A stretch of 61,095 bases of DNA, counting the filler, from Bipalium vagum (taxonomy: Eukaryota), in assembly GCA_037834085.1 (NCBI GenBank). It is 3 parts of 3 records of this genome, joined end to end, with 100 filler letters (N's around TTAATTAATTAA, not from the genome) between each part and the next. Parts side by side here need not be neighbours in the genome. Positions count along the whole stretch, not along the records: positions 42,272 to 61,095 come from JBBMKC010017877.1; 2 more parts are not named here. One strand, written 5' to 3'. Positions within the stretch are counted from its first letter, which is position 1. Each line of letters opens with the position of its first letter. The notes beneath the pieces are model-generated. The model had not been told where the DNA came from and made no database searches. It was given only the letters and a program-made list of their open reading frames with translations. Shown piece by piece: positions 42,172 through 55,388 of the stretch. The position numbers were made by a program, and so were the translations under genes.

Positions 42172-42271
42172 NNNNNNNNNNNNNNNNNNNNNNNNNNNNN
42201 NNNNNNNNNNNNNNNTTAATTAATTAANNNNNNNNNNNNNNNNNNNNNNNNNNNNNNNNNNNNNNNNNNNN
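42172..42271. other. Artificial contig-joining spacer (44N-TTAATTAATTAA-44N)
   Basis: Identical structure to 24479-24578. Confidence 0.97.
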
Positions 42272-43068
42272 TATTATTATTATATTACTTTAAAAATTAT
42301 TTTAAAAATATTTATTATTTAATATTAATTAAAATTTAATCCTTACAAATTATATAAAAATTTAGATATATTTTTATTCGATGTGGTCGTTTTGAAGAAA
42401 ATCATTAGTATATTTTTAGTTATTTGGAAGAAGCCTAGAAGTATTGTTTTAACAAAATGAACAATTACAAAATATGAGTACTTAAAACATTTATTATACA
42501 TATACTTAAGTAAAAATATTATTTGCATTTTAACATAAAAAAACTGATAAAATGTGAAAGGCTATCAATTTAAACAAACAGATATTTCAAGATTAACAAA
42601 ATTATGAAGCAGTAATTTTGTCTTATAGAAGTAAATTCAATTGTTCAACAAATGAATGTGATATGAACAATTGAAAGAAATTTTTCATTTAGCCAAAAAT
42701 GAAAATTTCTGGTTCGGCAAAAATAGTAATCCGAATTTTTAATACTATAAAATCTATCTATAGTTAATAATAATTTAAATCTTAAAATAGATAACACGTA
42801 CCCTTATAAAATACATGAGAAAGCCATTGATTTAATCATTATGACATTTAAATGAATGAATTATATCCAAATGTAATTCTTACAGAACAAATCAAACATC
42901 AATCGAATATGTAGAATAATTTAATAAAATTTACAATATTTTTAAGGAAGTAAAATTTGATTCATAAATAACAGACTAACAAATGAAAATAATCACTAAA
43001 TAAGAAATTAAAGCTTCTGTTTCAAGTTATTATTGACTAGGTTTTTCCATTTCAATTACTGCAAGAAA

Positions 43069-43132
43069 TTATTCATGGTGCTCTCTAAACAAGGGACCTA
43101 TAATGGCAAGATGGCGCAATTTTTCAATCAAT
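43069..43132 (-). CDS. RTN: Reticulon terminal exon (LIEKLRHLAIIGPLFREHHE*)
   Basis: tttttag acceptor, phase-2 continuation, TAA at 43071-43069. Confidence 0.85.
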
Positions 43133-46100
43133 CTAAAAATAAATTTCATTACCGTAAACTGAGATAATTACTAAAAAAATTTCCCATACATTGATTTTGT
43201 GGCCAGTGAAAATATCACAAACTGGCCATCAAAACAGCACAAATAACACAAACAAATACACAAAATTGCTATCAAACCATATTTCATTTAAACACTAACC
43301 TCGATATTATTGTCGAAATTTTGTTAGTGAAAAGTCGATACATTTTGTCCACTTCCACCTGAATTAAATAACATAAACAGTAAAATTTTTTAAAGAGGAA
43401 ACTTTTTCCAACAATTTAAAAAATACTTTGGTTGCGTGATTAAAAATAGTTACGAAACTTGCGTTATTTCACGTAACAATAAAGAAAATTAATGAAAATA
43501 TAATAATGCATCCGATTTCTTTAAAAAAAATATAAATTGAATGATAATATTAACACAAAAATCTGTGTTTAATCTAGAAATTAAAGATCAAACGTTACCT
43601 TACAAAATACCAAGGTAATAAAATTATAAAGTTGCTCATTACCTTTCATTGGCCATATTTATAACTTGATTTATTCAGTTCTAAGATTTAAAATTTTCTT
43701 TAAAAAAACTAAAAAGACAGTAAATGTGATAAACCTTGTTTATAATGATTTATAACTAAGCAACCAAATTTTATAAAAAAAGTTAGAATTAAAATAAGAA
43801 AGATGAATTGAAGGTATTTCTGTTTGCCTCAAATTATCAATTTCATAATTATGAAGTAAATAACCGTTGACAAAAATTGTGTTGACATTTACAACTGTTC
43901 ATTCTGTACGCAATTCGGTTTAAATGTAATACAGAGATTTGCAGTATCTGGTTCGTTGGTTTTACTAATTTAGCTCACATTTGAATAGTCCACATAATAA
44001 ATCAGTGAATAACAGATTCTAAAATTGATTTATTTTTTTCACAATCTGAGTGCTTTTAAAAGACAATTTAAATATTTTATTGTCAAAATCCTTAGCAGAA
44101 TAAATATAATGCAGATTTAGCTGACATTTGCATTTAATTTCAAACTAATTTGTGCCAAGGCAAAAAGTCAATCAAGGAATATTATGATTTGCTAATAATA
44201 GAACAAATTGATTGCCCAAAAACTAATTTTACTCCTCTATAAAATTTATCACTGTAGTAAAACAGTTTACAATTTCTTTTATTTCTAACATATTTTTTCC
44301 ATTTGCGTAGAGAAATTTTGTGCAATGAACTGTTTCACCTTTATGTCAAGAATTTGATAAAAGTAGACATTTTGTGAAAAACAGAATCTGTTCCGCCAAT
44401 CGTTTATATTGGGGACAACATAGTTAAAGAATAAATAATATAAAAAACCAGACTGTTTTTCACGAATAAATCAATTACGCTATTTCCAGTTATGGAGTGA
44501 TGATTGACATTTGAATTTATCGTTGAAATATAAACTAAAAATATTTACCTGATAAGTCTGATAGATTTTCGGTGCACAAAATGAGATGAGAGTTACTAAA
44601 TATTAAAAGACAAGTCAAAGACAAGTGACAAACAAGGATGATAAAAGTAAAATAATAATATAACATCTCTCATATCAGTAATCATAAAACCAATCTTTAT
44701 TATGATAAAAGATAAATAAATTTTATACAGAAACTGGGAATTAGAGAGAAAATAAGCTAACCCAAAATACAGAGAGTCATAAAATTGAACTTAGCTCCAA
44801 TGTAAGTCATGAAATAGAGAAATACTGCCAACTAAAACGAATTAATGATATAAAACGAATATTAAAAATATTAAACTTTTAGTGATTCAAAATAGTCTTC
44901 AATCAACAAAAGGCTTTTAACTTTAAGCACGAATCGATCAACACTATTTATAAATCCCACGGTGAACGCTGTTGACTTTTCCTTGTTGACTTTGATATCT
45001 TTGTCCAGATAAGCACTGTAAAAATCAGTAGACTTAAATTCGAAATGCAGCAACAATGTCCAATAAAACATTTATTATTCAAGAATAAAGCGTAATTAAC
45101 TGGCTTTCATCAACTCTCACTGTAACTCTAATTGATTCTCGTTATCAAACTTCTTCGTTTAACCACTATAAAATTTCATTACTGAAAATAGTGCAAAGTT
45201 AACTAATAAAAATGCTCGATAAAAAAGGTTAAATTATAACAATTGGATTGTTGGAAAGTCTATTTCATCGGTTCATTTCATTATTAAATATTCTAAATAC
45301 AGGATGTCTTAGAGTAACCCGGCGATTTTACTTTGATAATTAATACTTTTATCAATTTATTTTTAGAAAATACTTTTTCTAGGGAATACAAGAGAAGTAA
45401 AGGAAAGTAAAGGAAGAACATAATTAAATTAATAATAAAAATGATAAAACAATTTACATATTTACATTTCAAAATGATGTCCTTTCTTTGAATGCACGCG
45501 TGCAATCGAGTCTCAAAATTATGAAACATATTTTGAAGCACATACCAAACTTTTTCATTTTTGATATTTTACATCATATGGAAACGGTTTGAGACGGTGA
45601 TTAAACACTTTTCCCTTAAGAAAGTCCCAAACGAAGAAATCTAGAGGAATTAAATCAGGTGATCTGTGATTTGTTATAAGCCTATCACGGAGAATATAGT
45701 GCAATACATGTTTGACTGCGCTTGTTTTCAGAGGTATGACAGTCTTTTTTTAAACCAAACGTTGTTAAAGTTTCGTTCTATAGTATTCAGCACGGGAAAA
45801 AAATTTCTTGTAGTAATATTTTATAATTTGTATATTTTCTTTCTCATTAAAGAAAAATCCTTCAATTATTTGGCGCCTTGACATTGCACACAACACCGTT
45901 ACTCCTTTGAAATGTTGCGGTTTCTCAATGACAGCTAAAATTGGCTTTTCTTTATCCCAAAAGTGTAAATTTTGATTTTTTTTACACAACCACTTAACCA
46001 GTAATGTGCCTCCTTCGAAAACTAACGATGATTGAGAAATTTTTTCATTTTTCTCAATTTTTTCCAATATCTGATGGCAAGACTAAAGTCCAAAGTAAAA

Positions 46101-49100
46101 ATCATCAGATTGTAATTCCGAATGAATGAAAACTTTTTATGAAAAAAGTTTGATAGTGTGCCGAATGAGTTCATACACAGAAGATGTCAATTTATCGATA
46201 GTTGAAGAAACATATTGAAGAGAAGTATTGAGATTATTCATCAACTCATTCTGGACTTGAATAGCATAGGCAGCAGTTATTTTGGGAGCCCAGTCCTGGG
46301 AAGGTCTACACAACTTCCAGTCGGCTTGAAGTGATAGATAAGATTATTGATTCTTTCACGTTCTGGAACTTTTGCTTGTCTACCAAATTTAGTTCTTTGA
46401 ACAGCAATTGGTGCTGAGCCATTAGAAAAATATAATTTCATAATTGTTGCACAATGTTAAATAGACCAACAGCATAACATGAAAAATTCAAAAATTACTA
46501 AAATTTAATTATTAGAAAAATTAAATATAAGCAAATTACCTTTCAGGATAGATTTATCATATTTAACCATATTATAAAAATACTAAATACATAGACAATA
46601 ACAAAAATCATTATATAGATCCATAAAATACTAACAAGATAAAATTATATTCTAAAAACTTTGTCGACCTACTTTATAAACACCCTGCATTTATAATAAT
46701 TCATTAAACGAAGAGATTTTTTATAAAAAATGTTCAACGAAGAAAAATAATTAATCGCGTAGACTAATTTTTACAAATAGAAAACTCTGAATTACTGTTT
46801 TCAATCGTAAAAGATTAATATTATGATCTCCTACTTCATCCAATATACAAAACAATTCCCATCAGAGAAGCTCTTTCTAAAAACATTTTACTTTCCTAAT
46901 ACTGACAAAAATCAAAATGATTTTTCACATGGTTTTCAGTGCAAAAACGGGGTCTAATATGAAAGACAGAATCTTTAGCTAAAAAACAATAAATAATTGT
47001 TCATACATTATATGAAACTTTCAGATTTATTTAAAAAATATTCCTAATTGATTTTTTTGGGATTTTGAAATATACTTTACAATAGTATTAATAATTATCA
47101 ATTATAAACATGGTTGTAGAGCATGATTAACTACATAAGGCAAACCATTTTTACAGAGGATGGTTAAAATTGAGTGAGAATTGATCGGATAGAGCTTAAT
47201 TACGATTGGAAAGATTAAATCTCAATTCGGAGAGCTTGTAATGGGATTGGTAGGAGCGAAGTATAAAAGAAAGTTCATAGAACTGGTAAGACCAGAAAAG
47301 GCTAAACATCAAACATTGTAAACATCAAAAATATGCTCAAGAAAGCTGAGGAAACTTAATAGATACAATTGTACCATCCACTAAGATTTATTACCCATCC
47401 GAATTCGGCTTAAGGTGTTTTTGCTGATTTTTTATTATCTGTTTTGTTTTCCTAATAATTGTTTCGTTCTAATAATAATATCGATATTTATATATATAAC
47501 GCAGACCAATTGATTGTTAAGTATTGTGATTTATTTTGAGAAGATTTAAATATTATTATTGATTTCATTGCTAGTAGAAGAAATGGTATTAATATTTGTT
47601 TGTGATTTTGAAGCACCATTGAATAAAAAGTTTAAACTTAAGTGTTACTTGATTTTTAAAGGGTAATAAATAATTAACAAACATAATTATAAGATTTTGA
47701 GTCAGATCGTTAGTTATACTTTATTGAAATTTTTATATATTGAACACTTAAGAAATAATGAGATTGTCATTTATTAATTATTTTCAAAATCATCTTACAA
47801 TTCAAATAAAAAAATTAAATATTTTAATAGAAAATTTTAGATATTCAGAAGAAATTCTTATAAAGTAAAAATATATTCTAAGATAATAAAAAAATAATAA
47901 AGTAAAAATATATTCTAAGATAATAAAAAATAATAGTAATAAAGTAAAAATAATTTCACATCACTCAATAGAACTTGAGTTCTAAAATGAATATCAACAA
48001 AAGTTAATGAAATGAATTACAAATAAATAAAATAAAATTTTAAAACATTTTATTTATTTTTTACACACCTGAAATAAATAGATTTTTGCTCAATTTATTT
48101 ATATTGTGTAATCTATAAACTATTCGAAAATATCAAAAAAATGCACAACTATACCTAAATTGATAGACGAGTATTATTTATAATATTGGGCTGAGAAAAT
48201 TAACCAAATATAATTTAAGACAGAATCCTATGAATATTGTCTATTTCTCAAGAATCAATCATTTATTATCATTTGTAAAAAACAGTTTTGTGCACCATTA
48301 AAAGATTTTTGTTTTGAAAATATTATTTTAAAGTCTATTAAACAGCGCTGAACAAAGACTGTCTTGGATTTATCTTACTAATTCAAGACTTGTCGGATAA
48401 CAACTAATTCAATGATTAACCTAAATGGACTAAACATAATATCTACTTACACGATTAATACATTTATTTTTTGCGTGTTTTTCAAAATCGATTACATGTT
48501 TGAAATCAAATTTACGGTGAACTGTTTTAAAAGAATTATTCAAGTATCAATAAAAATATTGGAAAAAAACAAAATTATTATTAGTTTATTTCTATTCATT
48601 TTTAAAATTGCACCTAAATGATTAAAAATTATTTAACGAATCCTTGTTTTCTCTATTTATTCTCAATATGAACCAAATCAATATTAATAAAAAAGATTTT
48701 TAAAAGAAATTTGTGAGAAGTAAAGGAAACAAAAAATTATTCTAATCAAATAGAAAATTAATTGATTTTTATTAAGTGAAATTTTAAAACATTTTCAAAC
48801 TTATATTTGGAGAATTTTCACTATGGAATTCCATCGAAGTATGTCAAATAATTTTATAATAATTACCACAATTATGGAAGTTAAAAAACATAAATGTCAC
48901 ATTGGAATAGAAAATAAGAAACATTTTAATGAAAACAAGAAAAGAACAGCACAAATTATATTGGCTAAAATTCGCCGACATTGCACCAATTCCTAATGTC
49001 AATTATTACTGTCTGAATCGACAGTTTAAAATAAAGTCAACCTGGAACAAAATTTATATAATCTACATAGAACCATTTAGTATTCGTGAGAAAAATAACA

Positions 49101-51264
49101 TTTTCATTTATTTTTCTGAATTTTCTCTGAACTTAATCTGTTTTTCACAAATTCAACTTGAAAATAACAAATAAAAATATCAATAACATTACAGAACATT
49201 TTCATTGAGATCGAAAAATAATCAATAATTATTTAATTTTCAAATTATAAAATCACTTATAAAATCAATCTATAAATAATATTAAATTTCGTTATGATAT
49301 CGATTATACTAATATTACAAACAATAAGAAAAAAATTAGTAAATATTGACATCCGTTTTTAGCTAGACATTCACCTTATTTTGAATTGATAAATTATTAG
49401 AAAACTGATATAATTTAATTATCGAATATTATTTATTATTGTCATTATCATATAATCATTCCAATTAACATTTTTTGAAAATCAATAATATCAGACTATA
49501 TATATAATCTGAATATTTTTTCAAAACATTTTCTAGTTTTCTTTAAATAAAGACTGATTTACTTGAAAATATTGTTCTCATACTGACCACTAAATTTCAA
49601 ATACAATCTAAAGCTGGTAGCAACAATCAGAAACGTCAACCCTGCATAAGCTAAAACTGAAATGACTGAGAAGCATATCAAGCTGACTTCCAGTGTCAAA
49701 CAAGAAAGCAAGATAGCTACCGTTTTCAGTGGATTTTTCCAAAGAATAATATCCAAAACTGAAATAAATATTTCATATCACAAATCCATCAATGATCACT
49801 TTTTAAAAAAGAACGGAAAATGTTGCCAAAGTACATAAGCACAAGAAGTTAATTAAATTATATATTTATCAAAGTAACTGACAACCTTTCTTTCATCACA
49901 AATTTCTATTTTTATATTTGGTTTTCGTACAATCAAATGATAAATTTAGAAGCATATCAAAAATTAAAATCCATTTCACTTTCTCTGAATTCCAAATTGG
50001 AAAAATATAACAATTTTTTAGAACTTTTGATGATTGATGAAAAAATATACATATTAATTAAAAATATTTCATGACAAAAATCAATGTCTTGAACTTTTTA
50101 ATTTTATCAATGTAATAACTGAGCAGGTTTTAAAAATGATTTCGTCTAATATAATTAGAAGTGTGATGGAATAATTGAAATGCAATAATAAACAGGTGGT
50201 AATCTCTTTAAAATGTACTTTAGATGTTTGATAAATTAGTAACTGATCTACCTGACTTTAGCAAAAAAAGAACTGTTATAAAAAAACTATCACAATAAAA
50301 ATTAATAAATGATTAAGGATAACCACTGGTATTCAGTTAATTGGAGATTTATGTATAATAACTCTAGAATTCTTATTTGACAAAAAATGGTTACAATGCA
50401 TAAATACAAGATCAAACAAATTTTCGAAACGCCGTTTTTGGAATTGATATTTCCACATAAATTTGCAAATATAAGAATAAAGTTGTGGACGATCAGTACA
50501 ATATAAAATAGGAAAGTAAACATCTTAATACATGACTTTACTAAAGAAATTGATTAAATTTAGTTTTATAAAATGAAACGAGTTTGAAAATGAAATTTAT
50601 TAAAAATCAAGTAATTGAATAAAAATAAAAATGTTCTAAATAAATGATACTTTTATATATATATATATATATAATAATTTTAAATATTAGTCATTGTAAT
50701 AGTAAAATTATTACTTATAATATCTTATACCAAGTGGCTACTCGTTAATTTTTATTTATTTAGTATACAAAATGTAATTTTAAAATTTTAGATATCAATA
50801 TTATTAATTTTTTATATTAATTATTTCTCAACAAAAAGTTATCAGTAATATTAAAAAATTAACAAAAATTCTCATCGCTTAAAAGCTGAAAAATTTGCGT
50901 TACTTTTATAATATTCTGTATAACAAAGAAATTTTTTAAGATGATCCGACAAGCTTGTTATATTATTAATCTCTTTGAAAATTACTTCAAAACAGTAGAT
51001 AAGAATTTAATTTATATATAAGAATATCTTTATATTTCATAAGATTACAATCTTGTAAAGAGTAAAAATTGAAACTTAAAATTAACTTACTTGGGTGATT
51101 AGAAATTTCTACATGATAATCTGCTTCATTTGATTCTAAAATGTTTAATATAAATGATTTCAAAATAATTTTCTAAGTTATCTAATTTCTGAAAGTATTT
51201 AACTTTCACCTTTATGACTATTTCCTGTTGTAAATACTGTATGTCCTGAATCAGCCATTGACAT
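43069..51264 (-). CDS. RTN: Reticulon (RTN/Rtnl1-like), complete 8-exon gene, 224 aa: join(51264-51210, 51135-51091, 49758-49563, 45015-44877, 44831-44762, 44595-44549, 43358-43300, 43132-43069)
   Basis: Manual splicing gives an uninterrupted 675-nt ORF with GT-AG at every junction and consistent phases: MSMADSGHTVFTTGNSHKESNEADYHVEISNHPILDIILWKNPLKT...NIFNAYLDKDIKV...IEDYFESLKLAVFLYFMTYIGAKFNFMTLCILVTLISFCAPKIYQTYQVEVDKMYRLFTNKISTIISRLIEKLRHLAIIGPLFREHHE*. Two long hydrophobic hairpins and DIILW / ESLK / YIGAKFN motifs of the reticulon homology domain (RHD). Confidence 0.93.
43300..43358 (-). CDS. RTN: Reticulon exon 7 (59 nt; amphipathic helix)
   Basis: ttcag acceptor, gttagt donor; VEVDKMYRLFTNKISTIISR. 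Confidence 0.9.
44549..44595 (-). CDS. RTN: Reticulon exon 6 (47 nt)
   Basis: atttag acceptor, CAG|gtaaat donor; VTLISFCAPKIYQTYQ. Confidence 0.92.
44762..44831 (-). CDS. RTN: Reticulon exon 5 (70 nt)
   Basis: Follows a 45-nt intron; LAVFLYFMTYIGAKFNFMTLCIL. Confidence 0.93.
44877..45015 (-). CDS. RTN: Reticulon exon 4 (139 nt; loop region)
   Basis: ttttacag acceptor; AYLDKDIKVNKEK...LLLIEDYFESLK; gtttaa donor. Confidence 0.93.
45300..46687 (-). mobile_element. Full-span decayed DD41D (rosa/Visitor)-type element inside reticulon intron 3
   Basis: Termini CAGGATGT (45300) and AAACACCCTG (46687); NLHFWDKEKP...GVTVLCAMSRRQIIEGFFF, SPDLIPLDFFVWDFLK, FETRLHACIQR. Confidence 0.85.
47861..47950. 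repeat. ~37-bp tandem duplication
   Basis: TAAAGTAAAAATATATTCTAAGATAATAAAAAA repeated twice plus a partial third copy. Confidence 0.85.
49563..49758 (-). CDS. RTN: Reticulon exon 3 (196 nt; first hydrophobic hairpin)
   Basis: tttcag acceptor and gtaaat donor; LDIILWKNPLKTVAILLSCLTLEVSLICFSVISVLAYAGLTFLIVATSFRLY (ORF-track 49559..49756). Confidence 0.95.
51091..51135 (-). CDS. RTN: Reticulon exon 2 (45 nt; ESNEADYHVEISNHP)
   Basis: ttttag acceptor, gtaagt donor, phase 1-1; joins to give HP-ILDIILW at the start of the RHD. Confidence 0.8.
51210..51264 (-). CDS. RTN: Reticulon exon 1 (ATG; MSMADSGHTVFTTGNSHK, phase 1)
   Basis: ATG at 51264, donor AAG|GTGAAA; phase-compatible with the next exon. 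Confidence 0.75.
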
Positions 51265-53039
51265 CGAAAACTTTCAAGAAAATCTTTAAAAAAGCAGCTA
51301 ATAACAAGATAATGTAAAATTTAAAACTTAGTTCAGAAAAACAATTAAAAGTTAAGTAATTTAATTGTAAAAAGATATAATAATATTAATTTGTGCAAAA
51401 ATACAGGGATTTAATTCTCATTTTGAAATAAGATTACAGTATACATATATGTATTTCATTTGTTTAAAAAATGCTTTTCAATAACTGAAAAAAAATTTTT
51501 CCTACACACTTATTATCATGATATATGTTTTGAACTATTACTAGTTCATCATCAGTCATTCATATTTAAAACTGTACACTTTAATTACCTAAATGAAGAT
51601 CTAATTTTTAATTTTAATTTTTAAATAACTTTTCGTTTTTACTGTCACTGAAATTACTTTTAAATCTTCAAGCACAACAGTTTTTTTATAGTATTTTCTT
51701 GAATGTTCTAAGTTCCTTCGAAAGTTTCATCGATTTAGTTCATAAATCCATCTAGTTAATTTAGTTGGTTTCTGATTAGGAATCAAAACAAGTGCAATTA
51801 TTTAAAACATTTTATTATTCATTTTCTTAAAAATTCATTTACATTTAATGATTTTGTGAGGGATTATGTTTTAAAATTATATTTTAATGACTAATTAATT
51901 TTTTTTAATAATTAAAATAAATAAAAAAAATCAATAAATAACAATTATAATAATTCGAATATATAAATAAAATTACTTTCAAAAAACAGGGAGTATCTCC
52001 ACTAACAGGAAGCCTGGCAGCGTAAAAAAAGAAAATTGATCAGCAAGAAGACGGCGTGAAAACATAAAAATAAAAATAATAATAACAAATAAAATTAATG
52101 TATTAAGGCAACCCACACTAAAAAAAACAAATAAAATAACTTAATTCAAAACAAAAAAGACCTCAAGTTTCGAGGGCCATTCAAGGAATCCACACTAAAA
52201 ATAAAGATAATTAAAAAATTTTAAACTGTCAATCTTACCATAAAAAATCATTTACAACAAAGCAGTCCAAACTGAAGAACTATAGACATAATTAAAAACT
52301 CAAATAGGCAATTTTATCAATAATAATATTGCGAGGTAAAAATATAAAATGTTAACTGACAAATTATATAGATAATAGAAAAAACTACTGCTAGTAATAA
52401 TAATACTGTTTTTGTAAAATTTTTCGCATTCAAAATGCTCTTAACAACTTAGAATACAATTTAATATCTTTTTGTAAAAGCTTTTAAGGCGCGAGTATTA
52501 ATAATAATAATAGGTAAGAAATTTGTATTATTTCCAAAAATGTTTAACTTATCGTGTTAAACTTAAATAAAAAAATAATTAACGTTTAATTAGTGATAGA
52601 AGGAAATTCTTCTTCTTTTTAATATTCTCTTTATTTTTTTTTATTGTTCTCTCGCTAATTCGATTCTGCTTTACTCTAAGTGACTTCTTCGACTATCAAA
52701 GAGTCAAAAAGGTATTTTATTAATTAAATAATTGTTTGTATTTTTGAATATTGATTGATTATGAATTAGATTTTCACCTTCCATTTGTGATAAAAAATAT
52801 ACCTTATTTATTTAATCGCTTTGTTTATTCGTGAATTTTCTATTATTTACACTTCCTTCGATGGAGTTGGTGAGCTTAGATATAAGCCCCCTTGTAACAG
52901 TAAAGCCTTAGCTTGCGACCTAGACCGTTACAAAAGAACTACAGTTTTATCACATTTAAATCAATTTTCGATTGATTTAAATATTTCCTATATATAACGG
53001 AAGTTACATACAGGGTGTTTATTATGTATATTAACATAC

Positions 53040-53608
53040 TTTCAATAGGACGGCCAAGACATAACATCAATATTTCTGTCTTGTAACCATTGTGAAATGG
53101 AACGTGCAACGTGGCAGCGACAATTATCCTGTTGAAAAATTGGTTTGTCTCCGTCAAAATCATTCATAAAAGGAAGTAAATGTTATCTTAAAAGCATTTG
53201 ATAATCAAATTGATTTAGCCTGCCGGTGATAATCGCGAGAGTCGACTTCCCGTGGTAATTGAAACGACTCTAAATCAACAAGGAACCTCCTCCAGTGTGT
53301 TAATTCGAAAAGATATCTCTTTCTTCCGCAAATCGTGCAAATAATATGCGTAAACGTCAGGTTCATTACAATTAAACTTTTCGTCACTCCAGATGACCTT
53401 TTCCCATTCGGTGACCAACGAAATTTCCTCTTTAACCCAGCACACATGATTGATTTTATGTTGTGGCTTCAAAAAGGGTTTTACCAACATCTCCTTATAC
53501 CTTACAAATATTTCATGTATAATACAATAATCAAAAAATTTATTTTAATTTAAATTAGTTAAGATTTATTATATTTTCAAGGTGCGGCAATAATTAGTTG
53601 CAACACTG
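53040..53608 (-). mobile_element. Internally deleted Tc1/Tc3-like (DD34E) element
   Basis: TA|CAGTGTTGCAAC terminus at 53608; WEKVIWSDEKFN...YYLHDLRK, PIFQQDNCRCHVA and VMSWPS...PIE motifs. Confidence 0.85.
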
Positions 53609-53610
53609 TA

Positions 53611-54770
53611 TTTAAACAAACAATAACGATATAAAGTATTTAATACTTTTTTATTTGAATAACATATATTTAAAAACAAATAAATATGTAATTATATAAT
53701 TTAACGCCTGTTGATAGCTAGGCAATGGCTTAATTGAGACAGTAATTTTAGACGTGTTCGCTGGCACATTTCAGTATCTACTTCATTACAAACATGACTG
53801 ATTTTATCCTTGAGCTCAACGATTGTATGAGGTCTGTCTCTGTACACATTTTGTTTTAGATATCCACACAAGAAAAAATCTGGCGGAGTAAGATCGGGTG
53901 AACGAGGAGGCCAATTGGACCTCGTCTTCCAATCCAGCGATTTGGGAACTTTTTGTGTAGCCAGTTCCTGACATTTTGCGAATAGTGTGCAGATGCCCCA
54001 TCGTATTGTAAGTACTTACGATCTCTTGTTATTCTAGGCCATAAAAACTTTTCCAGTATCTCAAGGTATGACTCGCCAGTTTCCGTATCTTCGAAGAAGT
54101 ATAGCCCAATGATACCTTGTGAACTTAAACCACACCACACTGTTATCCATACCCTGGAGTTTCTAACAGGAATTGTAATTTTAGGGTTAGAGTAGGCCCA
54201 ATAGCAGCAATTGTGGCAGTTGACAACTCCATTGAGCATGAACTTTTTATCATCTGACCATATTATCTTGTTGACCAAGGAAGACTCATTTTGGAATTGT
54301 ACTGGCATTGTCTGACAAAATTCCATTCTTTGGTCAAAGTCGTCATCACTGATCTCAATTACGGTTGACGGCTTAAATGAATGAAAGCCTACTTCAGTAA
54401 TTGCCTTGTAATAACTGCTTACAGTTATGTCAAGTTCCCTAGCACCCTGCCGAGCTAACAAATTGCTAGATTCTTCAACCAATTTTTTCATTCTTTGAAT
54501 TGTTTTCGTTGTTAATACGGAACGGGGTCGGCCGGATTTTATTTAGTCATGAACACTTCCAGTCTTCTTAAACTTCCAATGCCTAATTACTTCTTAAAAA
54601 TTATCAAATTTCGAGTTCCATACAACAATTAGAATTCTTTCTTCCATCGTAAAACACAAAGCCACATTATTTTAAAATTAACTAAATGGATTATTAAACT
54701 TTTAATCCATATAAACACATTAGTAATACCTTTATTTTTTAAATTTTATAAACATTTTATAAACACCCTG
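53611..54770 (-). mobile_element. Best-preserved transposon in window: DD41D (rosa/Visitor)-type element, frameshifted
   Basis: TA|CAGGGTGTTTATAAA terminus; 211-aa ORF with IIWSDD, VWCGLSSQGIIG.YFFE, QYDGASAH, then WPPRSPDLTPPDFFLCGYLK after a small deletion; second-to-third D spacing about 41. Confidence 0.92.
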
Positions 54771-55388
54771 TATATCTTAAGTTTTCTAAAAGATGAATGA
54801 CTTTGAGATTTGTGATAAAGCAATTTTACATAAACTGTTTATAAATCAGAAGATTTTAATGCGCTTATTAACGGAGTAAAACTCTGAGTGACAAATATAA
54901 TAAAAATCGATTCATAAATAATATTTCAAACACAACAACGGTAAACTGAGATAACAAATTATTATTTACTAAAATATATTTTTATATAAATCTGACAAAT
55001 TAATTAATGTTGTTTACAAAATGATTTTTAGCTAAAATACGAGATTTTGAGAATACTTAAGAAACGTCAGATCACCCTTCGATATCCTATTCTCAATATA
55101 GTCAGAATGAATTAATCGAATTCAATAATAATCAAATGTTAATTAAAACAAAATATTACTTATAAGTCAATATTTACTTATTAAAAAAATAAATAGAACC
55201 AAAAGGAAAAATCTTACAGTTTGTTCCTTTCCTTAAAACTCCCGAGCTATCGTCTGATCCCTAACTGTTGCTCACCGATAACCCTCTGATGGGGAATTTT
55301 AAGCATAGCCCAGACATTCATGTATTTATTCTTTAACTCAATACTATTCTGCTTTGTGGTAGACTCTTTTTCTGCAGCACTGTATTTT

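Noticed and set aside
50302-50523. 73-aa hydrophobic ORF in reticulon intron 2 as a nested gene or alternative first exon
   Set aside because: F/I/L bias is expected from T-rich DNA, and I found no convincing phase-1 donor linking it to the RHD exon.
53856-54491. 211-aa ORF as an active or domesticated transposase
   Set aside because: The N-terminus has a stop and a deletion, and a frameshift separates the third catalytic Asp; it is a decaying copy.
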